Below, piece by piece: positions 1 to 9,420 of a stretch of DNA of 54,973 nt. The notes beneath the pieces were generated by a model. That model had not been told where the DNA came from. It searched no databases and saw only the letters and a program-made list of their open reading frames with translations. The stretch lies in assembly GCA_013538855.1 (NCBI GenBank), contig JABXJS010000091.1:1-54973 (forward strand). Direction: 5' to 3'. The DNA is from Herpetosiphonaceae bacterium (lineage in GTDB: Bacteria; Chloroflexota; Chloroflexia; Chloroflexales; Herpetosiphonaceae). The first letter of the stretch is position 1. Every line of letters starts with the position of its first letter. Made by a program: the position numbers and the translations under genes.

Positions 1-488
1 ATTCCGCACCGTGCCCCACAAGCGCCCGCCCGCACGCCTGCCTGCGCCCGCCCCGTGATGATCAGCGCCGCCTTGTTTGTTGAACCGCGCACCGTTGTTG
101 ACAGCCGCTCCTACTGCTGCCTATTCCGCACCGTGCCCCACAAGCGCCCGCCCGCTGGCCCGCCTGCGCCCGCCCCGTGATGCCCAGCGCCGCATTGTTT
201 GCTGAACAGCGCACCGCCGTTGCCGCACGCTCGTACTGCTGCCTATTCCGCACCGTGGCCCACAAGCGCCCGCCCGCACGCCTGCCTGCGCCCGCCCCGT
301 GATGATCAGTGCCGCCTTTTTTGTTGAACCGCGCACCGTTGTTGACAGCCGCTCCTACTGCTGCCTATTCCGCACCGTGCCCCACAAGCGTCCGCCCGCT
401 GGCCCGCCTGCGCCCGCCCCGTGATGATCAGCGCCGCGTGTTGTGTTGAGCCGCACACCGCTAGTGCCACCCGCCCACAGTGCACAGA
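1..488. repeat. Tandem direct repeat with a ~122-bp unit and ~3.8 copies (units at 1-122, 123-244, 245-366; diverged partial copy 367-~488). The array is cut by the window start and may continue upstream.
   Basis: Units begin with the same attccgcaccgtgccccacaagcgcccgcccg... string at 1, 123, 245 and 367, with >90% identity between units. Each unit carries an internal gcgcccgccc sub-repeat and a ttgaca/ttgaac-like motif. The only ORFs are short, overlapping, repeat-generated artefacts. Confidence 0.85.
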
Positions 489-499
489 ACTTCAGATAC

Positions 500-536
500 C
501 AAAAGGCCGCTGAGTGCACTGCACCTAGCGGCCTTA
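500..536 (-). terminator. Rho-independent terminator downstream of the kinase gene (minus strand)
   Basis: Inverted repeat aggccgct...agcggcct (504-534). On the minus strand it is followed by a T-run (the plus-strand aaaa at 501-504), immediately 3' of the CDS ending at 554. Confidence 0.5.
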
Positions 537-553
537 TCCAAAACACAAACTGG

Positions 554-2677
554 TTACGGCTGGCGACTCACGGCGGCGGGCACCAGCGCCAGCAGCGCCA
601 GCGGCAGCGCAGCATCGGGAGCATCGACCAAGCCCTGCAAGAACGCGCGCATGCTGTCGTACAGCCCCAGCGGATCGCTGATGATCAGCGTCTGATCAGG
701 CAGGCCATAGATGATCAGCAACGTCGGCGCAATCAGCAGACTCAGCGCGTTGATCTGCTTAGTCGCCAGCAGCAGCACGAGAAGCAGCGGCACCAGCAGC
801 GCCGCCAGCCGCAGCAGCAGCGTCAGCACAAGGGCGTGGTTGAACACAGGCCCCAGCGCCGCATAGGCCGTCTGCGCCGTCAGCGCGATATAGCCCAGCG
901 CCAGCAGGTTGAACACGCCGCGCCGCAGCAGCCCGGCCGAGTGCGTGCGCCGCGCATTGCGCCGCCACGCGCGCGCCAGCAGACTCAGCGTCACCAGCCA
1001 GACCGCCAGCACGCCGCCAGCGGTGTACAGCTCCGGGTTGGACATGCGCACCAGATGAGCGTGGGCCATGCCCAGCGTGTACAGCGCGCCGAGCACGCCA
1101 AGCAGCAGCGCCGAGCGCCATGTGCGCAGGTTGAGCCACGGCAGGCACCAGCGCTGCCAAAAGCTCTGCAGCGGCGACAGCTTCACCGTGACCGGAATCT
1201 GCACCTCGGCCCAGTTGTGCGGCTTGCACACCACCGCGCCCTGCCACTGATCGGCGGCGGCGAGGCTGCCCAGCTTGGCCGCCAGCCGCAGCGTGTGCTG
1301 GCCGCCTGGCGGCAGATCGAACGACGTATCAATGTCAGATAGCCCGGCGTTGCCCTTGAGCTGGACGTACATATAGCGGTCGCCGTCGTTGTAGAACGTC
1401 ATATTCGTCTCGACCACCGCCTTCGACGCCGACAGCTTGCCCAAGGCGATTGGATCAGGCGACCAGCGCAGCTTGGGTGGCGCAAGCTGCGGCTGCATCG
1501 CCGCCAGCGCCAGATCGAGCATGGCGTAGGGATGCGCGGCATACTGAGTGCGCAGCTTATACAGCTCGTTGGCCAGCGGCGTATTGCCCCAGACGTTGGC
1601 GATCTGCTCCGGCAGACGGCTGCGAATCCAGGTGATCGCCTCGTCCGGGTTCTGCTTGCACCAGTCGCCTAGCTCCTCTGCGCCAGCCAGCGCCGTGCGG
1701 TCGGGCGCGATCAGCGCCGGGCTGTTCTTGAGCGCTAGAAACTGCTCGAGCTGCTGGCGCAGATCGCTGGCCGAGCTACGCTTGGCGACCTCGCTGACCA
1801 GTGCCTGCTCCAGCGCGGCCTGCAGCGGCGTGGGCAGCTGCGGCAGCAGCGGGAACTGATACGGGTGATCGCGCGGATCATCGTTGGTCGCCAGATGATA
1901 GAGCGTCGCGGCCAGCGCGAACACATCGGAGCGCGGCTCGCTCATGCCCTGCGGCTGCTCTGGCGGCGCGTAGCCCAGCGTGCCAAACAGCTCGGTCTTC
2001 TGGTACGAGCCGCTGCGCAGCTGCTGGCGCGGCTTGGCGATGCCAAAGTCAATCAGCATCAACTCGCCGGACTCGCGCTCAAGCAAGATGTTCTCGGGCT
2101 TGATATCGTGGTGCACGATCGGCGGATTGAACTTCTGCAGATACTCGAGTATCTTGCAGACGTGCACGCCCCACTCGGCCACCTGCTCGGCGGAGAAGGG
2201 CTGGCCGCTGTTGTGCAGCAGATCGGCCAGGTTGCTGCCATCGACGTACTCCATCGCAATGTAGCCCACCTGGTCCTCGGTGAAAAAGGCATAGATGCGG
2301 GCGATATTGGGATGCTTCAGCCGCGTGAGCGTCTGCGCCTCGCTGAGGAACATGGCCTGCGCATCGGCGTCGGACATATCGAGCACGCGCTTGATCACGA
2401 CCAGCCGATCAAAGGCGTCGTGGTCCTTGGCCAGGTAGACCGCGCCCATGCCGCCGACGCCGAACTGCCGCACAACCGTATAGGCGCGGCTCTTGAAGCG
2501 ATGGCCAGGTGGCAGGTGCGCCTGCAGCGCTAAGCTGACTGTGGAGCCAAGCGCTGGGCTGCCGCTCACCGGGCCAGACACAGGCGCGTTGGACAGACTC
2601 TGCCCACAGTTGGGGCAGAAGCGCGCCGTCGTCTTGGCATTCAAACCGCAGTAATCACAAATTTTTGAGATCGTCAT
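554..2677 (-). CDS. Ser/Thr protein kinase with N-terminal zinc ribbon and C-terminal polytopic membrane region
   Basis: 707 aa. N-terminal CDYCG...CPNCG zinc ribbon. Hanks kinase motifs are present (GxGGMGAVY, VIK, HHDIKPENILL, DFG, GTLGYAPPE). A ~200-aa middle domain is followed by 4-5 hydrophobic helices at the C-terminus. Confidence 0.85.
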   Translation of the reverse strand: MTISKICDYCGLNAKTTARFCPNCGQSLSNAPVSGPVSGSPALGSTVSLALQAHLPPGHRFKSRAYTVVRQFGVGGMGAVYLAKDHDAFDRLVVIKRVLDMSDADAQAMFLSEAQTLTRLKHPNIARIYAFFTEDQVGYIAMEYVDGSNLADLLHNSGQPFSAEQVAEWGVHVCKILEYLQKFNPPIVHHDIKPENILLERESGELMLIDFGIAKPRQQLRSGSYQKTELFGTLGYAPPEQPQGMSEPRSDVFALAATLYHLATNDDPRDHPYQFPLLPQLPTPLQAALEQALVSEVAKRSSASDLRQQLEQFLALKNSPALIAPDRTALAGAEELGDWCKQNPDEAITWIRSRLPEQIANVWGNTPLANELYKLRTQYAAHPYAMLDLALAAMQPQLAPPKLRWSPDPIALGKLSASKAVVETNMTFYNDGDRYMYVQLKGNAGLSDIDTSFDLPPGGQHTLRLAAKLGSLAAADQWQGAVVCKPHNWAEVQIPVTVKLSPLQSFWQRWCLPWLNLRTWRSALLLGVLGALYTLGMAHAHLVRMSNPELYTAGGVLAVWLVTLSLLARAWRRNARRTHSAGLLRRGVFNLLALGYIALTAQTAYAALGPVFNHALVLTLLLRLAALLVPLLLVLLLATKQINALSLLIAPTLLIIYGLPDQTLIISDPLGLYDSMRAFLQGLVDAPDAALPLALLALVPAAVSRQP

Positions 2678-2802
2678 CGCAGATCCCTTTCAACACCGTG
2701 TGCGGTGCAGACTCATATCTCCGCATGGGCCATATATCTTGTACGCCCAAGCGCGTAGCATTGTTGCCTTCGTTGCCTTCAGCCGCACGTGTGCTCACGC
2801 AC

Positions 2803-2832
2803 AAAAAAGCCTGGAGCAGCCGCCCCAGGCTT
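2803..2832 (-). terminator. Rho-independent terminator of pspA (minus strand)
   Basis: Hairpin gcctgg-agcagccgcc-ccaggc. On the transcribed minus strand it is followed by T6 (the plus-strand aaaaaa at 2803-2808), ~20 nt 3' of the pspA stop. Confidence 0.6.
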
Positions 2833-2850
2833 GGCAACAGTGCAGCTAGT

Positions 2851-3531
2851 CTAGCTCTCGGCGCTGACCTTCTGCTTGAGTGCGGCCAGCTCATCATCGA
2901 CCGACGTGGTGCGCTCCAAATCCTCGAAGCGGGTGACCAGCGAGTCGGTTTCGAGCTTGGCCATCGCCTCGGCCTGATACAGTCGACCGTCGATCTTCTC
3001 CTCCATGGCGTCCATGCGATCGAACATCGCGCCAGAGGCGTTGGAGCCGTGCAGAACCTTGCCGATGGCCTCCTGCGAGCGTGCGCGGCCAGCCTTGGCC
3101 TTGATCAGCTCGCGCTTGGCGCGCGCCTCGTTGATCTGCGTCTCGATGCGCGCGAGGGCCTTGCGGATCGACTCGACCTGGGCCTCCTGCACCTCGCACT
3201 GCGTGGCGTACTCGGAGGCGGTGGTGGCGAACTGGCGCTTGCGCTCCAGGGCCGAGCGGGCCAGCGCCTCGTCCTCTTTGCGCAGGGCGGCCTCGGCCTT
3301 GCGCTCCCACGCATCGGCCTCCTCGCGGGCCTGATCGCGCTTCTGGGCTAGGCGGGTGGCCTGGGCCATCGCCTCGGCGGTACCGCGCTTGGCCTCGACA
3401 TACTGCTGCTCAAGCTGGCGAATATACTCGTCAGCCATCTTCTCAGGGTCTTCCATTTTATCCAAGGCCGCATGGGCATTGGCTCGAAACAGTGATTTGA
3501 TGCGCTGCCACAAAGACCGCAACCAACCCAT
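2851..3531 (-). CDS. pspA: PspA/IM30 (Vipp1) family membrane-stress protein
   Basis: 226 aa, entirely coiled-coil and charged. The N-terminus MGWLRSLWQRIKSLFRANAHAALDKMEDPEKMADEYIRQLEQ matches the PspA/IM30 N-terminal signature. Monocistronic with its own terminator. Confidence 0.85.
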   Translation of the reverse strand: MGWLRSLWQRIKSLFRANAHAALDKMEDPEKMADEYIRQLEQQYVEAKRGTAEAMAQATRLAQKRDQAREEADAWERKAEAALRKEDEALARSALERKRQFATTASEYATQCEVQEAQVESIRKALARIETQINEARAKRELIKAKAGRARSQEAIGKVLHGSNASGAMFDRMDAMEEKIDGRLYQAEAMAKLETDSLVTRFEDLERTTSVDDELAALKQKVSAES

Positions 3532-3691
3532 CGTGGTATCCTTTCTTCTGTGCTGCTGCTTGTACGGAGAGTCGCTGCAAAGCCGCCGGAGATGGCTTGA
3601 TCATACCAAACGTAGGCCGGTCATGTCCACACCGACGGCGTGAACTCTGCTACAATGGCGCCAAGAGCGATCATTTAATCATACGAGAGCC

Positions 3692-4780
3692 ATGTCAGGA
3701 ACGTTACCAATCCTCACCAAGCGCGGCGACACGCTGCGCTACGACCGCGATGTCGGCCAAGTCTCGATCCTAGATCGGCGCAGCTACCCACGCGACGTCA
3801 CGTGGATCGACTACGCCTCGGCCGAGGCGGTGGCCGTGGCCATCGAGACCATGGTCATTCAAGGTGGCCCACCGCTGGCCTATGTCGCCGGCTACGGCCT
3901 CGCCCTGGCCCTCGACCAGCACGCCGACAGCAGCGCAGACGCGCAGCGCCGCGTCCTGCAGGAGACCACGGCACGGCTTGCCCGCACCCGGCCCACCGCC
4001 GACGATCTCAACACCCTGCTGCGCGCCGCCGAGCAGCGCGGCCACGCCGCCATTGCGGCGGGCAGCCACCCTGGCGACGCCGTGTACAGCTTCGTCGCCG
4101 CCGAGGTTGCGCGCGGCGACCGCGTGGCCGAGCGCTGCGGCGTGCGCGCCGCCGAGCTGCTGACTGACGGCGACACGATGCTCACCGTCTGCTACCCCGG
4201 CGCAGCGCTGAACTGGATGCTCTACACGGCCGTGGTCAAGCAGGGCAAGCACATTCGCGTGTTGCCGAGCGAGACGCGGCCCTACGGCCAGGGCATCCGC
4301 CTCACGGCCTCGCAGGCCGCCGAGATTGGAGCCGAGGTGCTGGTCATCACCGACAACATGCCCGGCTTCTGCTTCCAGCAGGAGATGATCAGCATCTACG
4401 TGACCGCCGCCGACCGCATCGCCATGGACGGGTCGATCGCCAACAAGGTTGGCACCTATCAGAACGCCGTGCTGGCGCGCCATCATCACGTGCCCTTCTA
4501 CGTGCTCGGCTACGACGGTCCCGACCAAGCTACCGCCAGCGGCGCAGACATCCCAATTGAGCAGCGCAACGGCGACGAGGTGCTGATATTCAACGGCGTG
4601 CGCCTGGCCCCGGCCAACGTTCACGGCTTCTATCCGGCATTCGACGTGACGCCGCCGGAGCTGATCAGCAGCATCGTCACCGACCGCGGCATCTACCGCC
4701 CGCAGATGATCGCCCGCTACCACGACGATGACCGTGAAGCGCCGCTTGATGTTATCCCGCTGCTCGGCAGCACCGAGTAG
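3692..4780 (+). CDS. eIF-2B alpha/beta/delta-like family protein, probably methylthioribose-1-phosphate isomerase (MtnA)
   Basis: 362 aa. Contains ...[18 protein letters not shown]..., the MtnA/eIF2B ANKxGTY signature. The N-terminal region resembles MtnA ([19 protein letters not shown]). A tacaat -10 lies upstream. Confidence 0.7.
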   Translation: MSGTLPILTKRGDTLRYDRDVGQVSILDRRSYPRDVTWIDYASAEAVAVAIETMVIQGGPPLAYVAGYGLALALDQHADSSADAQRRVLQETTARLARTRPTADDLNTLLRAAEQRGHAAIAAGSHPGDAVYSFVAAEVARGDRVAERCGVRAAELLTDGDTMLTVCYPGAALNWMLYTAVVKQGKHIRVLPSETRPYGQGIRLTASQAAEIGAEVLVITDNMPGFCFQQEMISIYVTAADRIAMDGSIANKVGTYQNAVLARHHHVPFYVLGYDGPDQATASGADIPIEQRNGDEVLIFNGVRLAPANVHGFYPAFDVTPPELISSIVTDRGIYRPQMIARYHDDDREAPLDVIPLLGSTE

Positions 4781-4821
4781 CCGCGCAGCAAGTGTCGCTC
4801 GCATACAGACAAAGAGGTGTT

Positions 4822-5595
4822 ATGGAAGAATTTGCAGATGTGCGCGCCGTCCTGTGCGACATGGACGGAGTGCTTGTTCATGGATCGCGGATCATCCCTG
4901 GTGCCAGCGAGTTTCTGGCACGTCTGCGCGACTCCGGCCGCAAGTTTCTGGTGCTCACCAACAACTCGATCTACACCACTCGCGACCTCCAGGCGCGGCT
5001 CGCGCGCATCGGACTAGAGCTAGAGCCAAACGAGATCTACACCTCGGCCCTAGCCACCGCGCGCTTTCTCCAGACGCAGCGGCCGCACGGCAGCGCCTTT
5101 GTCATCGGCGAGGCGGGCCTCACCACCGCGCTCTACGAGGTGGGCTACACCCAGACCGAGCACGACCCGGACTATGTGGTGATCGGCGAGACCACCGCCT
5201 ACAGCTTCGAGCGCATCACCCATGCTGTGCGCCTTGTGGCTGGCGGCGCGCGCCTGATCGCCACCAACCCTGATGTCTCTGGCCCGACCGAGAACGGCCT
5301 TGTGCCCGCATGTGGCGCGGTGGCCGCGCTCATCCAGGCCGCGACCAGCGCGCAGGCGTACTTTGTTGGCAAGCCCAACCCGGTGATGATGCGCACCGCG
5401 CTGCGCACGCTCGAAGCCCACGCCGCCGAGTCGATGATGATTGGCGATCGTATGGACACCGACATCATCGGCGGCACCGAGGCGGGCATGCGCACCGCGC
5501 TCGTGCTGACTGGCGTGACCAAGCGCGAGAACGTTGATCGCTTTCCCTATCGCCCGACCGCCATTATCGAGTCAGTGGCCGACCTGTTTCGATAA
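4822..5595 (+). CDS. HAD-superfamily subfamily IIA hydrolase (NagD/pNPPase-like sugar phosphatase)
   Basis: HAD motif I is LCDMDGVLV. Motif III/IV region GKPNP...[13 protein letters not shown] aagagg lies 6 nt before the ATG at 4822. The ORF-track start at 4792 is a GTG with no RBS. Confidence 0.8.
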   Translation: MEEFADVRAVLCDMDGVLVHGSRIIPGASEFLARLRDSGRKFLVLTNNSIYTTRDLQARLARIGLELEPNEIYTSALATARFLQTQRPHGSAFVIGEAGLTTALYEVGYTQTEHDPDYVVIGETTAYSFERITHAVRLVAGGARLIATNPDVSGPTENGLVPACGAVAALIQAATSAQAYFVGKPNPVMMRTALRTLEAHAAESMMIGDRMDTDIIGGTEAGMRTALVLTGVTKRENVDRFPYRPTAIIESVADLFR

Positions 5596-5775
5596 GCGCA
5601 CAGCCTGAGCGCAGGCAGTTGCAAAAGCCATCCATAGATTGTGATAAAATAAACGCGCAATTCCACAGCGCACCTGCTCAACCATCGACGCTGCATCACC
5701 GCTGCTGCACCGTCGCATGGCCTTTTTGTGCGTAATGGTGCCGTCGGAGTGTTGATGGTGCGAAAGGAAGGACCA

Positions 5776-6282
5776 ATGCTCAAAGGAACAATGGCTTATT
5801 TCAAGGGCCTCAAGACCACCGCAAAATATCTGTTCAAAAAGCCCGTCACAATCCAGTACCCCGACGTCAAGCGTCCGGTGCGCGAGCGCTTTCGTGGTCG
5901 GCACGAGCTGAAGCGCTTTGCCAACGGCCTTGAGCGCTGCATCGGCTGCTCGCTGTGTGCGGCGGCCTGCCCTGCGGATGCAATCTACGTGGTGCCAGGC
6001 CAGAACGACCCGGCCAAGCCGCTCTCGCCAGGCGAGCGCCACGCCGCCGTCTACGAGATCAACATGCTGCGCTGCATCTTCTGCGGCTACTGCGAGGACG
6101 CCTGCCCCACCAACGCGATCGTGCTTGAGCATCAGTACGAGCTGTCGTTCTATGATCGCCGGTCTTCGATCTACACCAAAGATATGCTCCTGGTGCAGCC
6201 AGAGGATGGCTACGGCGAGGTGCCGCCGGTGCTCGAACAGACTGGACGCCAGCTCAACCCGCCGGCCCAGATCGACTTATAG
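5776..6282 (+). CDS. nuoI: NADH-quinone oxidoreductase subunit I (2x[4Fe-4S] ferredoxin)
   Basis: Two CxxCxxCxxxCP motifs (CIGCSLCAAACP and CIFCGYCEDACP). RBS aaggaagga before the ATG at 5776. Confidence 0.9.
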   Translation: MLKGTMAYFKGLKTTAKYLFKKPVTIQYPDVKRPVRERFRGRHELKRFANGLERCIGCSLCAAACPADAIYVVPGQNDPAKPLSPGERHAAVYEINMLRCIFCGYCEDACPTNAIVLEHQYELSFYDRRSSIYTKDMLLVQPEDGYGEVPPVLEQTGRQLNPPAQIDL

Positions 6283-6330
6283 TAGCCATAGAAGCCCAAA
6301 GGCTGGCTTTGGGTGTATCAAGGAGCCTGT

Positions 6331-6849
6331 ATGGAAACGGTGATCTTTATTACAACAGCGATTGTGGCGGTGGGCGCGGCCTTGGGCATGGTGCTCAGCT
6401 CTAACGCCGTCCACAGCGCGCTGTTTCTGATCCTGAACTTCTGTGCGGTGGCAGTGATGTACCTGCTGCTCCGCGCACCCTTTATGGCGGCGGTCCAGGT
6501 CACGGTGTATGCCGGCGCGATCATGGTGCTGTTCTTGTTCGTGATCATGTTGCTTGGCGCAGAGAAGGCCGACCTGGGCAGCGAGCCAATTGGCTGGCAG
6601 AAGCCGGTCGGGGTGTTGCTCGGGGCGGTGCTGCTGGCCGAGGGCATCTATGTCGCCTACAAGGGCATCAAGCTCGTCGATGCACCGATCACCGCCGCGC
6701 TTGGCATTGGGCAGCCCACCACCCTGAGCGCCGTATTGTTCAGCAAGTACCTCCTGCCATTTGAAGTGATCTCAATCTTGTTGCTGGTGGCGATCGTCGG
6801 CACCGTCGTGCTCACGCGCCGCACAGTGAAACTCAAGGAGGCTGAGTAG
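6331..6849 (+). CDS. nuoJ: NADH-quinone oxidoreductase subunit J
   Basis: Hydrophobic NuoJ/ND6-like protein. RBS aggag at 6321-6325. The stop overlaps the nuoK start. Confidence 0.9.
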   Translation: METVIFITTAIVAVGAALGMVLSSNAVHSALFLILNFCAVAVMYLLLRAPFMAAVQVTVYAGAIMVLFLFVIMLLGAEKADLGSEPIGWQKPVGVLLGAVLLAEGIYVAYKGIKLVDAPITAALGIGQPTTLSAVLFSKYLLPFEVISILLLVAIVGTVVLTRRTVKLKEAE

Positions 6850-7157
6850 TGAGCGAAATCTCAACCAACGCGTATGTGCTGGTCAGCGCCATCCTATTCA
6901 CCATCGGCGTGATCGGGGTGATGACCCGGCGCAATGCGATTATTATGTTTATGTCGGTTGAGCTGATGCTCAACTCAGCCAATCTGGCGCTGATCGCCTT
7001 TAGCCGCGCCAAGGCCTCAACCGACGGTCAGATTATTACCTTTTTTGTGATTGCGGTGGCCGCCGCTGAGGTGGCCGTGGGCCTGGCGCTGCTCGTCTCG
7101 ATCTTCCGCGCCAAACGCACCACAAACGTTGATGATGTAAGCACGCTGAAGGGCTAA
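6849..7157 (+). CDS. nuoK: NADH-quinone oxidoreductase subunit K
   Basis: 102 aa with 3 TM helices and the NuoK/ND4L signature ...[20 protein letters not shown]... GTG start overlaps the nuoJ stop by 1 nt. Confidence 0.9.
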   Translation: MSEISTNAYVLVSAILFTIGVIGVMTRRNAIIMFMSVELMLNSANLALIAFSRAKASTDGQIITFFVIAVAAAEVAVGLALLVSIFRAKRTTNVDDVSTLKG

Positions 7158-7191
7158 GCCCGGATCGAATTGTTGATTGTTGGGGGAACGC

Positions 7192-9228
7192 ATGCAAGAT
7201 TTCATCTGGCTTGTGCCGCTGCTGCCGTTGCTCGGCGTGATCATCAATACGATCCGCGGCACCCTGGCAGTGCGCCAACGCCACACCGCCGCGCACGTCG
7301 GCGATCATGGCCACGCAGACCACGGCCACCACGACCACCACAACGCGGCACGTATTCCTGGCTGGATCGCCAGCGCCATGGTCATTGGTGCCTTCGTGCT
7401 CACGCTGGCGACATTCTTCAGCCTGCTCGGCCAGCCTGCGCGCACCGCCGCTGGCGAAAATGGTCGCTTCTTTGATGTCACCTACTGGAGCTGGATGGCC
7501 GTCGGCAACTTCAGCGTGCCGTTTGGGTTTCTCATCGATCAGCTGTCGATTGTGATGATGCTGCTCGTGACCGGCGTCGGCTCCTTGATCCATATCTACG
7601 CCATCGGCTATATGAGCCACGACCAGCGGCCAACCCGCTTCTTCGTCTATCTCAACCTGTTTATTGTGGCGATGTTGATGCTCGTGATGGGCAACAACTT
7701 CCTCATGCTGTTTTTAGGATGGGAGGGCGTCGGCCTGTGCTCGTTCTTGCTGATCGGCTTCTGGTTCGAGCAGCGCGATCCGCCCTGGGCCTCCACCAAA
7801 GCCTTTGTGGTCAACCGCATCGGCGACTTTGGCCTGCTCATGGCTATGTTTGCGATCTGGACGCTCACCCGCGATGTGCAGGGCAACCCGCTGCACTCGC
7901 TGATGTTCCGCGAGGTGCTGGCTGAGCAGCACGTGCAGACGCTCCAGTTCACGCAGACGGCGTTCCTTGGCTCGCAGTATACCGCCGCCGGGGCCATCGC
8001 CCTGATGCTGCTGCTTGGCGTCACCGGTAAGTCCGCGCAGATTCCGCTGTTTGTCTGGCTGCCAGACGCGATGGCCGGCCCGACGCCGGTCTCGGCGCTC
8101 ATCCACGCGGCGACCATGGTCACCGCCGGCGTCTACCTGATCATCCGCACCCACGCCATCTTCCAGCTCAGCCCCTCGGTGATGAACTTCGCCGCTGGCC
8201 TTGGCGCGGCGACCGCCTTTGTGGCCGCAACCATCGCCATCGGCCAGTACGACATCAAAAAGGTGCTGGCCTTCTCGACGGTCTCGCAGCTCGGCTATAT
8301 GGTCGCGGCGGTGGCGATGGGCGGCTACGTCGCCGGTCTGTTCCACCTGCTGACCCACGGCATCTTCAAGGCGCTGCTGTTCCTTGGCTCCGGCGCGGTC
8401 ATCCACGGCTTCGGCGACGAGCAGGACATGCGCAAGATGGGCGGCCTCAAATCCAAGATGCCGCGCACCTTCTGGACCTACTTGATCGGCACGCTGGCGC
8501 TGGCCGGTATTTTCCCGCTGGCGGGCTTCTGGTCGAAAGATGAGATCATCGGCTATGCCTACGACAACGACCACCGCTTGCTCGCCGTTGTGCTGATCAT
8601 CAGCTCAATGCTGACCGCCTTCTACATGGCGCGCCAGGTTACCATGGTGTTCCTCGGCGAGCAGCGCGACACCAGCATCCACGCCCACGAGAGCGCGCCG
8701 ATCATGATCTGGCCGCTGATTCTCTTGGCCATTGGCGCAGTCGTCGCTGGGCTGATCAACCTGCCAGGTCTGCATAGCCTAGAGACGTGGCTAGCCCCAG
8801 TGCTCAACGAGCCAGTGGCCGAGCCAGCCGAGTTCCACCTTGGTCTGGCGGGCCTCACGCTGGTGCTGGCGCTGGCGAGCGGCTGGCTCGGCTACTACTA
8901 CTACAGCCGCAACGCACGCCGGATCAAGGCCAACGAGCGCGATCCGCTGTACCGCTGGGGCGGCGATTTCTACACCATCCTTGAGGACAAGTGGGGCTTT
9001 GACTCAGCCTACGATCTGGCGATCGTTAAGCCCTACAAAGCAATCGCTGGCTTTGCCAACCGCATCTTCGACGCCCGCATCATCGACGGCATCGTCAATG
9101 GCGCAGGCTGGGTGGTGAATCAGGCCAGTCGCGGGCTGCGCGTGCTGCAATCAGGCTATGTGCGCTCGTATGCGCTGATGTTCCTGATTGGCGTTATTGC
9201 TGTGTTAGGATATTTTGTCCTGCGCTAA
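7192..9228 (+). CDS. nuoL: NADH-quinone oxidoreductase subunit L (proton-pumping antiporter-like), with a His-rich N-terminal loop insertion
   Basis: NuoL/ND5 family signature (WEGVGLCSFLLIGFW, ...HAATMVTAGVYL...). Start taken at the ATG at 7192. Unusual insertion HVGDHGHADHGHHDHHN between TM1 and TM2. Confidence 0.9.
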   Translation: MQDFIWLVPLLPLLGVIINTIRGTLAVRQRHTAAHVGDHGHADHGHHDHHNAARIPGWIASAMVIGAFVLTLATFFSLLGQPARTAAGENGRFFDVTYWSWMAVGNFSVPFGFLIDQLSIVMMLLVTGVGSLIHIYAIGYMSHDQRPTRFFVYLNLFIVAMLMLVMGNNFLMLFLGWEGVGLCSFLLIGFWFEQRDPPWASTKAFVVNRIGDFGLLMAMFAIWTLTRDVQGNPLHSLMFREVLAEQHVQTLQFTQTAFLGSQYTAAGAIALMLLLGVTGKSAQIPLFVWLPDAMAGPTPVSALIHAATMVTAGVYLIIRTHAIFQLSPSVMNFAAGLGAATAFVAATIAIGQYDIKKVLAFSTVSQLGYMVAAVAMGGYVAGLFHLLTHGIFKALLFLGSGAVIHGFGDEQDMRKMGGLKSKMPRTFWTYLIGTLALAGIFPLAGFWSKDEIIGYAYDNDHRLLAVVLIISSMLTAFYMARQVTMVFLGEQRDTSIHAHESAPIMIWPLILLAIGAVVAGLINLPGLHSLETWLAPVLNEPVAEPAEFHLGLAGLTLVLALASGWLGYYYYSRNARRIKANERDPLYRWGGDFYTILEDKWGFDSAYDLAIVKPYKAIAGFANRIFDARIIDGIVNGAGWVVNQASRGLRVLQSGYVRSYALMFLIGVIAVLGYFVLR

Positions 9229-9255
9229 GCCCAGTCGGATGTGCAAGCATACGCC

Positions 9256-9295
9256 GGGCCTCTGGGGAAACGCGCCAGGGGCCTGGTTTTTGGAG
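9256..9295 (+). terminator. Imperfect hairpin plus T-run after nuoL (possible terminator or attenuator inside the nuo cluster)
   Basis: gggcctctgg-ggaaacgcg-ccaggggcct (8/10 bp pairing) followed by ggttttt, 28 nt after the nuoL stop. Confidence 0.4.
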
Positions 9296-9351
9296 ATCGC
9301 CCAGCGGGCAGATCGCCGCTAGCAGTGCGGGATCAAGCGCTCGCAGCAAAT

Positions 9352-9379
9352 TTCACAAAATCGTGTTTTTGCGTATAAT
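9352..9379 (+). promoter_or_regulatory. Sigma70-like promoter candidate for nuoM-nuoN
   Basis: ttcaca - 16 nt - tataat, ~40 nt upstream of the TTG start of nuoM. Confidence 0.35.
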
Positions 9380-9420
9380 TTGGGCAGATCCACTGCAGTA
9401 GATGAATACAGGAGCGGCCC

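Noticed and set aside
1-488. CRISPR array
   Set aside because: The units are 122 bp and directly abutting with no unique spacers. There is no cas gene nearby.
443-2533. Long plus-strand ORFs (443-1342, 1865-2533 and others) and the minus-strand ORF 759-1247 inside the kinase gene
   Set aside because: Antisense or out-of-frame ORFs are typical of high-GC DNA. They are Arg/Gln/Ala-rich and low-complexity with no RBS, and they overlap a well-supported kinase CDS.
3770-4804. 344-aa minus-strand ORF opposite the MtnA-like gene, plus the His/Arg-rich ORFs 3802-4185
   Set aside because: They fully overlap a CDS with clear family motifs, and their composition is GC-frame artefact.
5572-6132. 186-aa minus-strand ORF overlapping nuoI
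   Set aside because: It is antisense to the nuoI ferredoxin motifs and has no homology-like features.
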